A stretch of DNA of 64,000 bases from contig CAVSGO010000007.1 in the NCBI GenBank assembly GCA_963727525.1, positions 1,504,001-1,568,000 on the forward strand, given 5' to 3'. Of this stretch, positions 40,981-55,339 are shown piece after piece. The position numbers and the translations under genes are program-made. The notes below the pieces were generated by a model. It saw only the letters and a list, made by a program, of their open reading frames with translations. It searched no databases and was not told the origin of the DNA. Source of the DNA: an uncultured bacterium. GTDB taxonomy: Bacteria; Krumholzibacteriota; Krumholzibacteriia; LZORAL124-64-63. The first letter of the stretch is position 1; every line of letters begins with the position of its first letter.

Positions 40981-42276
40981 CTACAGCGTGACGCCCGTCG
41001 GCGTCCAGATCATCTGCTCGCGGTCCTTCCCCACGCTCACACCGACGATGAGCACGCCAAGCTCGCGCTCGAGATACTCGAGGTACTGGCGAGCCGCGGC
41101 CGGCAGATCGCTGAGGCGTCGGCACTGGCTGATGGGCCGTTCCCAGCCGGGGAAGTCGCGGCACACGGGCCGGGCCCGCTGCAGCACGTCGTGGCGGATC
41201 TCGAAAGTCTCGCGCTGCTCGCCGTCCACCTCGTACGCGTGGGCCACCTTGATCGTCGGCAGCGTGTCGAGCACGTCGAGCTTGGTGATGACGACGCCGG
41301 TGAGGCCGTTGATCTCCACCGCATAGCGCCCTGCCACCAGATCGAACCAGCCGCAGCGCCGCGGCCGTCCGGTGGTGGAGCCATACTCGCCGCCGAGCTG
41401 GCGTAGCTGCTCCGCCTCGTCGGCCAGCAGTTCGGACGGGAAGGGCCCGTTGCCGACACGCGTGCAGTAAGCCTTGTAGATGCCCCACACGTCGCCCAGC
41501 ACGCGTGGCGGCAGTCCCGTGCCCGTGAGCGCGCCGCCCACGGTGCAATTGCTGCTCGTCACGAAGGGATACGTGCCGTGGTCGATATCCAGGAGCGATC
41601 CCTGGGCCCCCTCGAAGAGGGCCGACTCCGTGCCCTCGCGCACGCCGCGCAGGGCGGTGAAAGCGTCGACGATGAGCGGGCGCAGGCCGCGCGCCAGGAA
41701 GATGAGCTCCTCGGCCACGATCTTGGCCGGCAGCGGCTCCGCCTCGTAATGTTCCTGCAGGACCTCGTTCGCGCTCAGGATGTGCTCGATCGCCAGTCGC
41801 TCCAGATTGTCGTGGGGCAACAGCAGGTCACCAAGGCGCATGCCGCTGCGCATGAGCTTGTCCAGGTAGGCCGGACCGATCCCGCGACCGGTGGTGCCGA
41901 TGCTGCGGCGCTTGCGCTTCGATTCCTGCAACTCGTCCAGGCGCTTGTGGTACGGCATGAGCAGGTGCGCGCCACTGGCCACGAAGAGCCGGTTACGCAC
42001 CTTGAACCCGTTCTCCTCCAGCTCCACGATCTCGTCGCGCAGCGCCCAGGGATCGACCACGAGACCATTGCCGAGAAAGCAGCGCACGTTCTCGCGGAAG
42101 ACGCCCGAAGGCACCAGGTGCACCACGTGCTCCTTGCCGCTCACCCGCACGGTGTGGCCCGCGTTGGCGCCGCCCTGGTAACGGATGACCCAGTCGAGGC
42201 CCTCGCTGAGGGCGTCGATGATCTTGCCCTTGCCCTCGTCTCCCCACTGACCGCCGACGATGACTCGATTCTCCAC
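40981..42276 (-). CDS. purA: Adenylosuccinate synthetase
   Basis: GGQWGDEGKGK, QGGANAGHT, EGAQG, DHGTYPFVTSS, TTGRPRRCGW. Confidence 0.96.
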   Translation of the reverse strand: MENRVIVGGQWGDEGKGKIIDALSEGLDWVIRYQGGANAGHTVRVSGKEHVVHLVPSGVFRENVRCFLGNGLVVDPWALRDEIVELEENGFKVRNRLFVASGAHLLMPYHKRLDELQESKRKRRSIGTTGRGIGPAYLDKLMRSGMRLGDLLLPHDNLERLAIEHILSANEVLQEHYEAEPLPAKIVAEELIFLARGLRPLIVDAFTALRGVREGTESALFEGAQGSLLDIDHGTYPFVTSSNCTVGGALTGTGLPPRVLGDVWGIYKAYCTRVGNGPFPSELLADEAEQLRQLGGEYGSTTGRPRRCGWFDLVAGRYAVEINGLTGVVITKLDVLDTLPTIKVAHAYEVDGEQRETFEIRHDVLQRARPVCRDFPGWERPISQCRRLSDLPAAARQYLEYLERELGVLIVGVSVGKDREQMIWTPTGVTL

Positions 42277-42377
42277 CGTGGACTCCTCGGGTTCCGTCGC
42301 CGCGAGCCTGGCTTTGCCCAGCCAAAAAAAAAGCCCGCGACCGAGCCCGGATCGACCGTCTGTTCCCAGACGGCCCG

Positions 42378-42821
42378 TTACCTCGTTTCGAACAGTGCTT
42401 TCAGATCGCCCCAGGCGGTAGCATCGATCAACGACCCGCAATCCTCGACGCCGGGATTCGAGGTCAGGCTGGTCACGTTTCCGTCCGTGATCCCGTCGCC
42501 ATCGGCGTCGCCCAGCTCCACGCCGTTCGCGCAGCCATCGAAGTCGGAATCGAGGGCCGCCAGCGTCCCGTCCCACTGCCGCAGGTTCGCGAGGAAATCG
42601 TCTCCGAAGCGGTTCAGGGCGTCATCGCCGGTCTCGTCCGGCGCGGATATATGGCAGATCACACAGGTGAAGGGGTCGGAGATCGGTAGGCGAGCCATGT
42701 CCTGCGTCGTGGCATGGGCTGGCGCGACGAGCCCCGCCACCACGAGGGCGACGGTCCACACCACGGCTCCAACCTTGCTTCTGGCGGCTCGCATTCGAAC
42801 GGACATCTCCTTGTGTTCCAT
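42378..42821 (-). CDS. Small secreted protein with CxxCH, DxDxDG motifs and a C-terminal WGxxK tail
   Basis: Signal peptide (AHA), CVICH, LNRFGDDF...DSDFDG..NG.ELGD, AWGDLKALFE. Confidence 0.75.
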   Translation of the reverse strand: MEHKEMSVRMRAARSKVGAVVWTVALVVAGLVAPAHATTQDMARLPISDPFTCVICHISAPDETGDDALNRFGDDFLANLRQWDGTLAALDSDFDGCANGVELGDADGDGITDGNVTSLTSNPGVEDCGSLIDATAWGDLKALFETR

Positions 42822-42829
42822 CTGCCTCC

Positions 42830-42859
42830 ATTATACCCACGGACGCCGGTGGAAGTCAA
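42830..42859 (-). promoter_or_regulatory. Sigma70-type promoter
   Basis: TTGACT-18-TATAAT immediately upstream of 42821. Confidence 0.7.
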
Positions 42860-43464
42860 ATATCAGCTTCCGTGTCATCCCCCACCGCCGGAGCGAGCAG
42901 ATCCTCCATCCATCCGAGCAACTCCTTGCGCCCCAGCTTTTTGGCGGCGCTGGTGGGCACGAAGGGCGTGGTGGGTGGCAGCGCCAGCCCGGCGATGATG
43001 CGCCGGTACTGCCCGGTGCGATCGACCTGGGCCACCTTGTCGATCTTCGTCACCGCCACTGCGTAGGGATGGCCGCAATCCCGGATCCAGCCGGCGACCT
43101 CGCGATCCTGTGCGCTGGGCTCGTGGCGGCCGTCGAGGAGATGCACCACGGCCAGGGCCCTGTCCTGCCCCGCGAGCAGCCGGCGAAACAGTGTCCACCA
43201 GCGCTCGCGTCGTTCCTTGCTGACGCGAGCGTAGCCGTAGCCCGGCAGATCGACCAGGTGATAGCGATCGTCGACGAGGTAGTAGTTCAGGAGCTGGGTC
43301 TTGCCCGGGCGCCCGCTGGTGTGGGCGAGGTTGCGCCGCTGCAAGAGGTAGTTGATGAGCGACGATTTCCCGCAATTGCTGCGCCCGAGGAACACGAACT
43401 CCGGCAACGGCGTCGCGGGGCGATCGGTGAGATCGGCGCAGCTCTTGACGAACACCACTTCCAT
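42856..43464 (-). CDS. engB: Ribosome biogenesis GTPase YihA/YsxC
   Basis: GRSNCGKSS, PGKT, DLPGYGY, TKID. Confidence 0.93.
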   Translation of the reverse strand: MEVVFVKSCADLTDRPATPLPEFVFLGRSNCGKSSLINYLLQRRNLAHTSGRPGKTQLLNYYLVDDRYHLVDLPGYGYARVSKERRERWWTLFRRLLAGQDRALAVVHLLDGRHEPSAQDREVAGWIRDCGHPYAVAVTKIDKVAQVDRTGQYRRIIAGLALPPTTPFVPTSAAKKLGRKELLGWMEDLLAPAVGDDTEADI

Positions 43465-43504
43465 GGGCCGCCTCAGAACCTCGCAGCACTGGCCGTGCCG
43501 CGGG

Positions 43505-45853
<2,349 letters not shown>

Positions 45854-45869
45854 CGCTCATCCTCGCCAA

Positions 45870-45904
45870 GCGAACGAGCCGGGCTGGGGCCGCGGCTCGT
45901 TCGC
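45870..45904. repeat. Intergenic inverted repeat (clpX-lon)
   Basis: GCGAACGAGCCG...CGGCTCGTTCGC. Confidence 0.6.
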
Positions 45905-45923
45905 AAGTCGGACATGGTGGGAA

Positions 45924-47189
<1,266 letters not shown>

Positions 47190-47259
47190 CTTCCCTCCCC
47201 GGTCCGAAGTCGAGGGGACCTTTCAGTCGGCCCGGTCTCTAGACGTGATCCCTGGACGA

Positions 47260-47865
47260 TCAGTCCTTCTTCTTCGCAATGATCTCTTCACGGCTTTCGA
47301 TCACCTTGTCGACGAGGCCGTACTCGCGAGCCTCCTCGGCCGACATGAAGAAATCGCGATCGCTGTCCAGCGCGATCTTCTTCGCTTCCTGCCCGGAATG
47401 ACGGGCCAGGATCTCGTAAAGCTTGTCCCGGACCTTGAGGATCTCCTTGGTGTAGATCTCCAGCATCGCGGCCTGACCCTGGCTTCCGCCCAGGGGCTGG
47501 TGGATCATCACGCGGGAGTTCTTCAACGCCGAGCGCTTGCCTTTGGCTCCGGCCGCGAGCAGGACGGCGGCCATGCTCGAAGCCTGCCCCATGCAGATGG
47601 TAACTACATCATTTGTAATGTATTGCATCGTATCGTAAATAGCAAGTCCGGCGGTCACGCTGCCGCCTGGACTGTTGATGTAGACGTAGATATCCCGCTC
47701 CGGGTCCTCGGCCTGCAGGAAAAGCATCTGGGCGATGATCAGGTTGGACACGTTGTCGTCCACGGGCGAGCCCAGAAAGACGATCCGGTCCTTCAGGAGA
47801 CGCGAATAGATGTCGTAAGCGCGCTCGCCGTGACTCGTCTGGTCCACTACCATCGGGACAAGCAT
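47260..47865 (-). CDS. clpP: Clp protease proteolytic subunit
   Basis: [29 protein letters not shown]. Confidence 0.96.
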   Translation of the reverse strand: MLVPMVVDQTSHGERAYDIYSRLLKDRIVFLGSPVDDNVSNLIIAQMLFLQAEDPERDIYVYINSPGGSVTAGLAIYDTMQYITNDVVTICMGQASSMAAVLLAAGAKGKRSALKNSRVMIHQPLGGSQGQAAMLEIYTKEILKVRDKLYEILARHSGQEAKKIALDSDRDFFMSAEEAREYGLVDKVIESREEIIAKKKD

Positions 47866-47972
47866 GGTCGCTCCTTTGCTGGGCAAAGGCGCCTCGGAAC
47901 GACGCCAAGCCCGGTGAACCCACCAGGAGGCTGGGGGTTCCCTCCCCCGCCCCGCGGCCTTGCCAACACAGT

Positions 47973-49322
47973 CTAGCCAGTGGCCCCATCGGCCGCATCG
48001 GCCTGACCGGCCCCCGGCTCCTCATGCACGATCTGGGCCCGCGCCAGGAGCAAGTCGTAGGCCTTGCGCTCGTTCACCTCGCGGCGAATCCGCTCACGCT
48101 CCTCGCCGCGGTTCACGTAGTCCCGGAATTTCTCCAGGTCGAAACCGTTCTCGGCCGCATGCACCGCGATGCGGTCGTCAATCTCCTGATCCGTCGCCTC
48201 GAGGTTCTCCTGGCCACGTACAGCCTCGAGCAGGAACAGGCCCTTGATGACGCGCTCGGCCATGGGCCGGGCAGCCTCGCGGTACTTCTGGTCCTCGTCG
48301 TCACTGCTCTCGCGCCCCATCTTGGTGTTGCGCTCGTGCAGCTCCTTGATCCCCATCTCGAGATAGTCGGCAACCATGCTGGGCGGCACCGGCACCTCGT
48401 TGCGCTCGACGAGCGCCTCGAGCACCTGTTCGTCCATCTCCTGGGCGATGCGGCGGCGCGCCTCCTCCTCGAGCTTCTCGCGCACGGTGTCGCGCAGCTC
48501 GGCCAAAGTCTGGCCCTCCTGCAGGGAACTGGCAAAGGCGTCATCCACCGTGGGCACCGTACGCGCCCGCACCTCCGTGACATGACAGCGGAACGCCACG
48601 GTGCGGCCCTGCATGGCGGTGTTGGGATAGTCGTCCGGGTAGGTCGCCGTCACGGTGCGCTCGTCGCCGGCCGACGCGCCGAAGAGCCCCTCGTTGAAGG
48701 CCGGCAGGTTCTGCTCACTGTCGAGGATGATGCTCTGACCGACGAGTCGCTTGTCCTCCTGCGCCGTGCCGTCTTCGTCCACGGGCACCAGGTCCATGAC
48801 CACCTGATCGGTCGCCGCCGCGGGTCGCTCCGCCTTCTCGAAGTAGGCGCGGCTCTCCTGCAGACGGGCGATCATCTCGTCCACCTCCGATTCGGCCACC
48901 TCGGCGGCCCGCTCGCGCACCGGCAAGTTCTCATAGTCGTGTGCCGTCACCTCGGGCCTCACCTCCACCACGAGGTCGAAGCCGAGATCCTGGCCTTCCT
49001 CGAACTTGAGGTTCTCCACCCGGGGATCGGTGAGCGGGTAGAGACCATGTTCCACGACGGCCGCACGATACGCGCGTGGCACCAGCCCCTCGAACGTGTC
49101 GGCGCGCAGGCGGCTGCCCAGCTCGCGCTCCACGACCGGGCGAGGCGTCTTGCCCTTGCGGAAACCGGGCCGCTTGTGGTTGCGCACCGCCTCGGTGAGC
49201 CGTCGTTGATATTCCTGTTCGAATGCGGGCCGGGTCATCGACACCTTGATGATGCGCTGCCAGGGCTCGGGCGATTCGACGTCGATCTGGAATCCGTGAC
49301 CGGAAGAAGCATGCTGTGTCAT
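47973..49322 (-). CDS. tig: Trigger factor
   Basis: PGFRKGK signature; position between tRNA-Leu and clpP. Confidence 0.93.
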   Translation of the reverse strand: MTQHASSGHGFQIDVESPEPWQRIIKVSMTRPAFEQEYQRRLTEAVRNHKRPGFRKGKTPRPVVERELGSRLRADTFEGLVPRAYRAAVVEHGLYPLTDPRVENLKFEEGQDLGFDLVVEVRPEVTAHDYENLPVRERAAEVAESEVDEMIARLQESRAYFEKAERPAAATDQVVMDLVPVDEDGTAQEDKRLVGQSIILDSEQNLPAFNEGLFGASAGDERTVTATYPDDYPNTAMQGRTVAFRCHVTEVRARTVPTVDDAFASSLQEGQTLAELRDTVREKLEEEARRRIAQEMDEQVLEALVERNEVPVPPSMVADYLEMGIKELHERNTKMGRESSDDEDQKYREAARPMAERVIKGLFLLEAVRGQENLEATDQEIDDRIAVHAAENGFDLEKFRDYVNRGEERERIRREVNERKAYDLLLARAQIVHEEPGAGQADAADGATG

Positions 49323-49384
49323 CGAAGAACCTCGTCGTGACGAGAGGCCGGCATCGCGATCGATTCCGGGCACCCGTACTTGGC

Positions 49385-49469
49385 TGGTGCGAGAGGGGGG
49401 ACTCGAACCCCCACGGGTCGCCCCACAGGGACCTAAACCCTGCGCGTCTACCAGTTCCGCCACTCTCGC
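49385..49469 (-). tRNA. tRNA-Leu(UAG)
   Basis: 85 nt with long variable arm; CAGGG-TTTAGGT-CCCTG; encoded CCA. Confidence 0.95.
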
Positions 49470-49545
49470 GCTCACCCGCGACCGCGGGTACCGGACCGAT
49501 CTGGGACCAGGGTCAGATTGCGGCTATCCCCTGAGAGGAGGCCCC

Positions 49546-49574
49546 AATGTAGCAAGGCGCCCGGAGAGGGTCAA
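49546..49574 (-). promoter_or_regulatory. Sigma70-type promoter for the tRNA-Leu-tig-clp operon
   Basis: TTGACC-17-TACATT with an extended TG. Confidence 0.6.
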
Positions 49575-49589
49575 GGTGGCGCCAGATTG

Positions 49590-50963
49590 TCACTTCAGCT
49601 TGCGATAGATGGTACGCGAGGCGATGCCGAGGATCTTGGCGGCCGTCTCCTTGTCGCCCCCCACGCTGTCGAGCGTGGCCTCGATGAGCTGCATCTCCGC
49701 GCGGTCGAGGGTGGTGCCCACGGGGATGGTCACGTGCTCGAGCCGCTTGCGTCCCGCCAGGATCGTCGATGGCAACACGTCCACATCGACGAACGGCCCC
49801 TTGCTCAGGACGACCGCGCGCTCCACGCAGTTCTCCAGCTCGCGTACGTTGCCCGGCCAGGCGTAGCGGACGAGCGCCTCGAGCGCCGCCTTCGTGAACC
49901 CGCCCAGGTCCTTGCCATTCTTGGCGTTGAGGATCTGCAGGAAGTAGTTGGCAAGCAGGATCACATCCTCGCCGCGGGCGCGCAGGGGCGGCAGCTCGAT
50001 GTTGATGACGTTGAGTCGATAGAACAGATCCTCGCGAAACTCGCCACGGGCCACCTTGTCGGGCAGGCTGGCATTGGTGGCGGCCACGAGGCGGACGTCG
50101 GCCTCCACGGGCTCGTTGCTGCCCAGGCGTTCGAACATTCCCTCCTGCAGGACGCGCAGCAGCTTGACCTGCGTGGTGGGTGTCATCTCCCCCACCTCGT
50201 CGAGGAAGAGCGTCCCGCGATCGGCCATCTCGAAGCGCCCCTTGCGGCGACCGACCGCGCCGGTGAAGGCGCCCTTCTCGTAGCCGAAGAGTTCGGCCTC
50301 CAGCAGGGTCTCGGGCAGGGCGGCGCAGCTCACCTTCACCAGGGCGCGCGCTCGTCGTTCGCTCCAGCGATGGACCGCGTTGGCAAAGACCTCCTTGCCC
50401 GTACCGCTCTCGCCCGTCAGGAGCACGGTGGCGGTGCTGGGCGCCACCTGCCGCGCCGTCTCCACCGCCTGCCGCATGACGTCGCTGCGGCCGATGATGT
50501 CGTGCTGGCCCTGGATCTCCTCGAGTTGACGGCGCAGCTCGAGGTTCTCGGCCAGGAGCTGCTGCTTCTCCAGAGCCTTGCGCACCACATTGAGCGTGGT
50601 GGCCGAAGTGAAGGGCTTCTCGATGAAGTCGTAGGCCCCCAGCTTCATCGCGTCGACAGCGGCCTCGATGGTGCCATGGCCGGTGATGATGACGAACTCG
50701 GTGGCGGGCGCCAGGACTTGCGCCGCCTTGAGCAAATCGAGACCGCCCATGCGCGGCATCACCAGGTCGGAGAGCACGAGGTGCACCTCGTGCTGGCGCA
50801 GGATGGCGAGAGCCGCCTCGCCGTCGCCGGCCGTCAGCACGTCGTAGCCATTGCGGATCAGCAGCTTGCCGAGGGCGCGGCAAAGCTCGGGCTCGTCGTC
50901 CACCACCAGGATGGCCGGGCGGACGGCGGGCGAGGTCGTGGTGAGGTCTTCGTCGACGGCCAT
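49590..50963 (-). CDS. Sigma54-dependent response regulator (NtrC/AtoC family)
   Basis: Receiver domain, [29 protein letters not shown], Fis HTH. Confidence 0.94.
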   Translation of the reverse strand: MAVDEDLTTTSPAVRPAILVVDDEPELCRALGKLLIRNGYDVLTAGDGEAALAILRQHEVHLVLSDLVMPRMGGLDLLKAAQVLAPATEFVIITGHGTIEAAVDAMKLGAYDFIEKPFTSATTLNVVRKALEKQQLLAENLELRRQLEEIQGQHDIIGRSDVMRQAVETARQVAPSTATVLLTGESGTGKEVFANAVHRWSERRARALVKVSCAALPETLLEAELFGYEKGAFTGAVGRRKGRFEMADRGTLFLDEVGEMTPTTQVKLLRVLQEGMFERLGSNEPVEADVRLVAATNASLPDKVARGEFREDLFYRLNVINIELPPLRARGEDVILLANYFLQILNAKNGKDLGGFTKAALEALVRYAWPGNVRELENCVERAVVLSKGPFVDVDVLPSTILAGRKRLEHVTIPVGTTLDRAEMQLIEATLDSVGGDKETAAKILGIASRTIYRKLK

Positions 50964-51154
50964 GGCGCGCTCTCCGCACGGCTTCGGGTGCGGCGACAAC
51001 TTGTCAAGGATTCGACAATGCGTCAAGAGGCGTCCTCGCGGGGTCGGATCGCGCGGCCAATCGCAGGTTGGCGCGGCTCCGCGCTTACGGTACCCTTCCC
51101 GGAACCTGTGCATCCGAGCCTCGGCCACCCAGCGCCCTGCGGAAGGACACGACG

Positions 51155-52576
51155 ATGACCGAGCCCCCTGCCGTCTCCGGCGCCACCACCTGGCGATTCT
51201 CCCCGGCATTCTGGATCGCCAACGGCGTGGAACTCCTCGAGCGCGCGGCCTGGTACGGCGTCTTCGTGGCCATCACGCTGTACCTCTCCCGCATCCTCGG
51301 GTTCAGCGACGTCGCGGCCGGCGTCATCTCCGGCGTGTTCTCGGCGGGCCTCTACTTCCTGCCCACCTTCAGCGGAGCCTGGGCCGATCGCATCGGCTTC
51401 CGCGCCGCGCTGTTGCTGGCCTTCGGACTGCTGACGCTCGGCTACGGACTCATGTGGGTGTTGCCGGAGGTGCTGCAGTCGGCCGGCCTGGTGCAGTATG
51501 GGCGCGAGGTCGTCTTCACCGGCCTCGAGTCGACGGGCTATCGCTGGCTGTTCATCCCGGTGATGCTCATCGTCATGGTGGGCGGGTCGTTCATCAAGTC
51601 GGTGATCACCGGCACCGTGGCGCGCGAGACCACCGTGGGCAACCGCGCCCGCGGCTACTCCATCTTCTATGCGATGGTCAACGTCGGCGCGTTCTCCGGC
51701 AAGACGCTCGTGCATCCCCTGCGCGCCAACCTCGGTAACGAGGGCCTGATCGTGCTCAATCTGATGGCGGCGGGATGCACGCTCCTGGCCTTCGTCCTGG
51801 TGCTGCTCTTCTACCGCAGCGCCCGCGCCGAGGGACCGGCTCGCACGTTCGCCGAGATCGGCCACGCCCTCTGGGCCGTGCTGCGTCAGGGGCGGCTCAT
51901 GGTGCTGATCCTGATCATCACCGGCTTCTGGATGGTGCAGAGCCAGCTCTACGCCACCATGCCGAAGTACGTGCTGCGCATGGCGGGCGAGGGCACGGCC
52001 TTCGCGTGGTACGCCAACGTGAACCCGGCGGTGGTGGTGCTCACCGTGGCCTGGGTGACGCAGATGATGCGCCATCGCAGCGCCTTGATATCGATGACGG
52101 TGGGCATGTTGATCATGCCCATCTCCGCCTTCTGCATGGCGGCCGGCAACATGATCGACAGCACGATCCTCGGGCAGAACCCGATCGCGGTGATGATGAT
52201 CGTGGGCATCGCCTTCCAGGGTGTCGCCGAGAGCTTCATCTCGCCTCGCTACCTCGAGTACTTCTCGCTGCAGGCACCGCGCGGCGAGGAGGGGCTCTAC
52301 CTGGGCTTCAGCCACCTGCACTCGTTCTTCTCGGCGATCCTGGGCTTCAGCCTGTCGGGCATCCTGCTTGAGCACTGGTGCCCCGAGCCGACCATGCTCC
52401 CGAACGCGGTGCAGTCGGCCCGCCTCGCCTGGCTCGCGGGCCAGGGTCCGGTGCCGGCGCAGTACGCCCACGCCCACTACATCTGGTTCGTCTTCGTGGG
52501 GGTGGCGCTGGCCTCGGCTCTCGCGCTCATCATCTTCGGCCGCGTGACGGCGCGGCGAGACGCCCCGCATGAGTGA
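51155..52576 (+). CDS. POT/PTR-type MFS peptide transporter
   Basis: ELLERAAWYG (ExxER motif), GYSIFYAMVNVGA, many TM helices. Confidence 0.85.
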   Translation: MTEPPAVSGATTWRFSPAFWIANGVELLERAAWYGVFVAITLYLSRILGFSDVAAGVISGVFSAGLYFLPTFSGAWADRIGFRAALLLAFGLLTLGYGLMWVLPEVLQSAGLVQYGREVVFTGLESTGYRWLFIPVMLIVMVGGSFIKSVITGTVARETTVGNRARGYSIFYAMVNVGAFSGKTLVHPLRANLGNEGLIVLNLMAAGCTLLAFVLVLLFYRSARAEGPARTFAEIGHALWAVLRQGRLMVLILIITGFWMVQSQLYATMPKYVLRMAGEGTAFAWYANVNPAVVVLTVAWVTQMMRHRSALISMTVGMLIMPISAFCMAAGNMIDSTILGQNPIAVMMIVGIAFQGVAESFISPRYLEYFSLQAPRGEEGLYLGFSHLHSFFSAILGFSLSGILLEHWCPEPTMLPNAVQSARLAWLAGQGPVPAQYAHAHYIWFVFVGVALASALALIIFGRVTARRDAPHE

Positions 52577-52594
52577 CGGCGACGAGCGGGATCG

Positions 52595-53502
52595 TTAGGT
52601 TGTGCCGTCGAAATTGTGTCCGCGGCCCGCGGCCATCGCCGGCGTCTCGCCCGGCCGCTTCACCCGCCGTGACTGCACCCATTTGCGCCAGACCGCCAGG
52701 ATCGCCAGGCGGTACGTCGACCCCTGCCTCCGCTTCGACCACGCGATCGTCTCCCGACGGTGATTCGCGCTCGCATGTCGCAAGATCAAGTCCAGCAAAT
52801 TCACCTCCCACAACGGATTGTCCTTGTCCCGGCGCTCCTTCGAGTGCGTCACCTGGTGCTGGATCCTGTGGGGCAGACTCGCGATGGCACGCTTGTAGGC
52901 GGGGTGATCGTCGCTGCGGACCGTCACCAGCCGTTCACACTTCGCGAGCACCATCGCCAGCAAGCCGCGAATGCCCTTCTGCACCGCCTTGGGGTCCGGT
53001 CGGCCGAATTGCTCTTCGAGATCCTGGCGACGACGCTTCTGGTAGGCCGTCATGCGACCCTTGCGGCGTAGCGGGCTGTCGGTGAAGCCCCGGATCAGCC
53101 CCGACTTCGCGTCGACGGCGAGGTTGTGGTGGAAGGGGAAGTACTGGCTGAGTTCGAAGGTCTCGAGTCCGTCGATCACGATGTCCGCAGGGGGCGGAGC
53201 CTTCAGCATCTCCTGGGCGAAGAAGAGCAGACAATGGCGACCGAGGCGGTCGAGCTGGCGGTTGACGGTGGTGGGGCAGACGGCGAGATCACGGGCGGCC
53301 TGGCGATTGGCCATGGCGCCGCAGGTCTTGGCCATGAGCTGGGGGAGGATGTCTGGTCGCTTGAGCCAGTAGTCCGGGGAGAAAGTCTGTGAACTGAAGG
53401 AGACACGGCAGTGTCGGCAGAGAAACCTGGGGATACGGTGGGGACATGGCCCTCGGCCAGGGCAAGCCGGAGGCCGGACACATTTTCGACGGCACAACCT
53501 AA
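52595..53502 (-). mobile_element. 908-bp unit bounded by 28-bp inverted repeats, carrying a truncated IS1-like DDE transposase ORF (52595-53497)
   Basis: IRs at 52595-52622 and 53475-53502 (27/28 identical); RFLCRHC..SFSSQTF, DGLETFE, SDDHPAY, TPAM motifs. Confidence 0.7.
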
Positions 53503-53926
53503 ATATTTGATGCGCAGCAGCGAATTCCTGGCGATCGATGACTCCCTCCTTCGTTTACCCAGAGACAAGTCTATCACCGGCAGTGAGGAGCCTGTCAAGC
53601 GGGGCCGCGGATGCGCGCCGCGGGCGTCCTCGGTGTACGATTCTGGTTCCGGTTTGCCGGCGATTTGGCGCTAAGACCATGCGGAGGGGTTGGAGTGCGG
53701 GCGAGGGATCGTATGTCCGGAATCTCGACGAGGTTGGCAAAACTGCCCCCCAGCGAGCCGCCTCAGAGAGAGGGCAGCGACCCTCGCCTCTTCCCTGACC
53801 GGACGAAGTCGACCCGGGCGAACGGGACGAGCCCGGCCCCGCCGTCGCCAGCGGGGCCGGGAGCGCCACGGAGAGGGCGCGCAGAGCATCACATGGTCGG
53901 ACTCGTGCCCGAGTCGGCTATTGTCC

Positions 53927-55339
53927 CTACTCCACGAAATCCCAGCCCTTGTCGAAGGCCGTCATATTGAGGTCGATGAGATCCTTCTTCTTCACGATGA
54001 CGCGTAGGGTATCCTTCACATAATCGCGATCGAAGATGCCCGTGGCCTTACAGAGTGCGCCGAGCATCACGACGTTGGCCACCTTCGGCGTACCCACCGC
54101 ATCGGCGATCTCCGCCGCGGGGATATTCACCACGTGCCGGCGCGATGTGTCCGGCCGCGAGGTGCAGATGGAACTGTCGACGAGGATCCAGCCGCCGTCG
54201 ACCACCTGATCCTCGAAGGCCTCGAGGGACGGCTGGTTCATCACGACCAGCACATTCGGGTTCTCTACCGTGGGGGCGCCGATCCGCTTGGCGCAGATGT
54301 TCACCGAGCAGTTCGCCGTGCCGCCGCGCATCTCCGGACCGTACGCAGGGAACCACGACACCTGGTGCCCCGCCTTCATGCCGATCTGCGACAGGAAGAG
54401 CCCCAGGGTGAGGATCCCCTGGCCGCCGAAGCCGGCGAACTTGCAGTGCAGGTCGTGATCGAGGGACACCGGCTCGCGATCGAGCGGCGACTCCAGGGTC
54501 TGCAGGTAATCGTTCACCACGGCGGGATCGAAGGGCTTCGACACGCGGTCCCAGGCGCCGGCCTCGCGCTCCTCGCTGACGTCCTTGTAGACGCCCAGCG
54601 GGAAGACCTCCTCCATGGTCTTGATGAGGTAGTCGCGGGCCTCGGGCGGATCCATCTTCCAGCCCGTGGGGCAGGGCGAGAGGATCTCCACGAAGCTGTA
54701 GCCTTTGCCCTCCATCTGCAGCTTGAGCGCCTTGCGGATGGCCTGGCGTGTCTGCATGATCTGCTTGCTGCTGCCCAGGGCCACGCGCGTGATGAACGTG
54801 GGTGCGGGCAACGTGGCCAGCATCTCGGCCATGTGGATGGGGTTGCCGTGGATCGACTCGACGCGGCCCTTCGGCGTGGTCGTGGTGCGCTGGCCGATCA
54901 TCGTGGTGGGCGCCATCTGGCCGCCGGTCATGCCATAGATCGCGTTGTTGATGAAAAACACCGAGATGTTCTCGCCGCGATTGGCGGCGTGGATGGTCTC
55001 GGCGGTGCCGATGGCGGCGAGGTCGCCGTCACCCTGGTAGCTCATCACGATGGCCTCGGGATTGACCCGCTTGACCCCCGTGGCCACCGCCGGCGCGCGG
55101 CCATGGGCAGCCTGGAAGTTGCCGCTGTTGAAGTAGTAGTAGCCGAAGACCGAGCAGCCCACGGGGCTGACAAAGACGGAGCGCTCGGAGATGCCGAGAT
55201 CCTCGAGGGCTTCGGCGATCATCTTGTGCACGTTGCCGTGGCCACAGCCCGGGCAGTAGTGCGTGGTCTTCTTGCTCCCGGCCGTCTTGCGTTCGAACTC
55301 GCTGTAGAGTCCTGGCGATTTCTCGTAGACCTTGGCCAT
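53927..55339 (-). CDS. 2-oxoacid:ferredoxin oxidoreductase fused beta-gamma subunit (VOR type)
   Basis: HYCPGCGH, GDGDLAAIG, NNAIYGMTGGQ, then AGFGGQG and YGPEMRGG. Confidence 0.92.
   Translation of the reverse strand: MAKVYEKSPGLYSEFERKTAGSKKTTHYCPGCGHGNVHKMIAEALEDLGISERSVFVSPVGCSVFGYYYFNSGNFQAAHGRAPAVATGVKRVNPEAIVMSYQGDGDLAAIGTAETIHAANRGENISVFFINNAIYGMTGGQMAPTTMIGQRTTTTPKGRVESIHGNPIHMAEMLATLPAPTFITRVALGSSKQIMQTRQAIRKALKLQMEGKGYSFVEILSPCPTGWKMDPPEARDYLIKTMEEVFPLGVYKDVSEEREAGAWDRVSKPFDPAVVNDYLQTLESPLDREPVSLDHDLHCKFAGFGGQGILTLGLFLSQIGMKAGHQVSWFPAYGPEMRGGTANCSVNICAKRIGAPTVENPNVLVVMNQPSLEAFEDQVVDGGWILVDSSICTSRPDTSRRHVVNIPAAEIADAVGTPKVANVVMLGALCKATGIFDRDYVKDTLRVIVKKKDLIDLNMTAFDKGWDFVE

Noticed and set aside
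42280-42377. Possible riboswitch upstream of purA (hairpins, T-run, GGCAAAGCC)
   Set aside because: No complete purine, ZMP or c-di-GMP aptamer pattern; probably terminator-like structure after the upstream gene.
53492-53518. dif-like sequence GCTGCGCATCA-AATAT-TTAGGTTGTGC (minus strand)
   Set aside because: The XerC-like arm matches 9/11, but the spacer is 5 rather than 6 bp and the XerD arm diverges; it is part of the IR junction.
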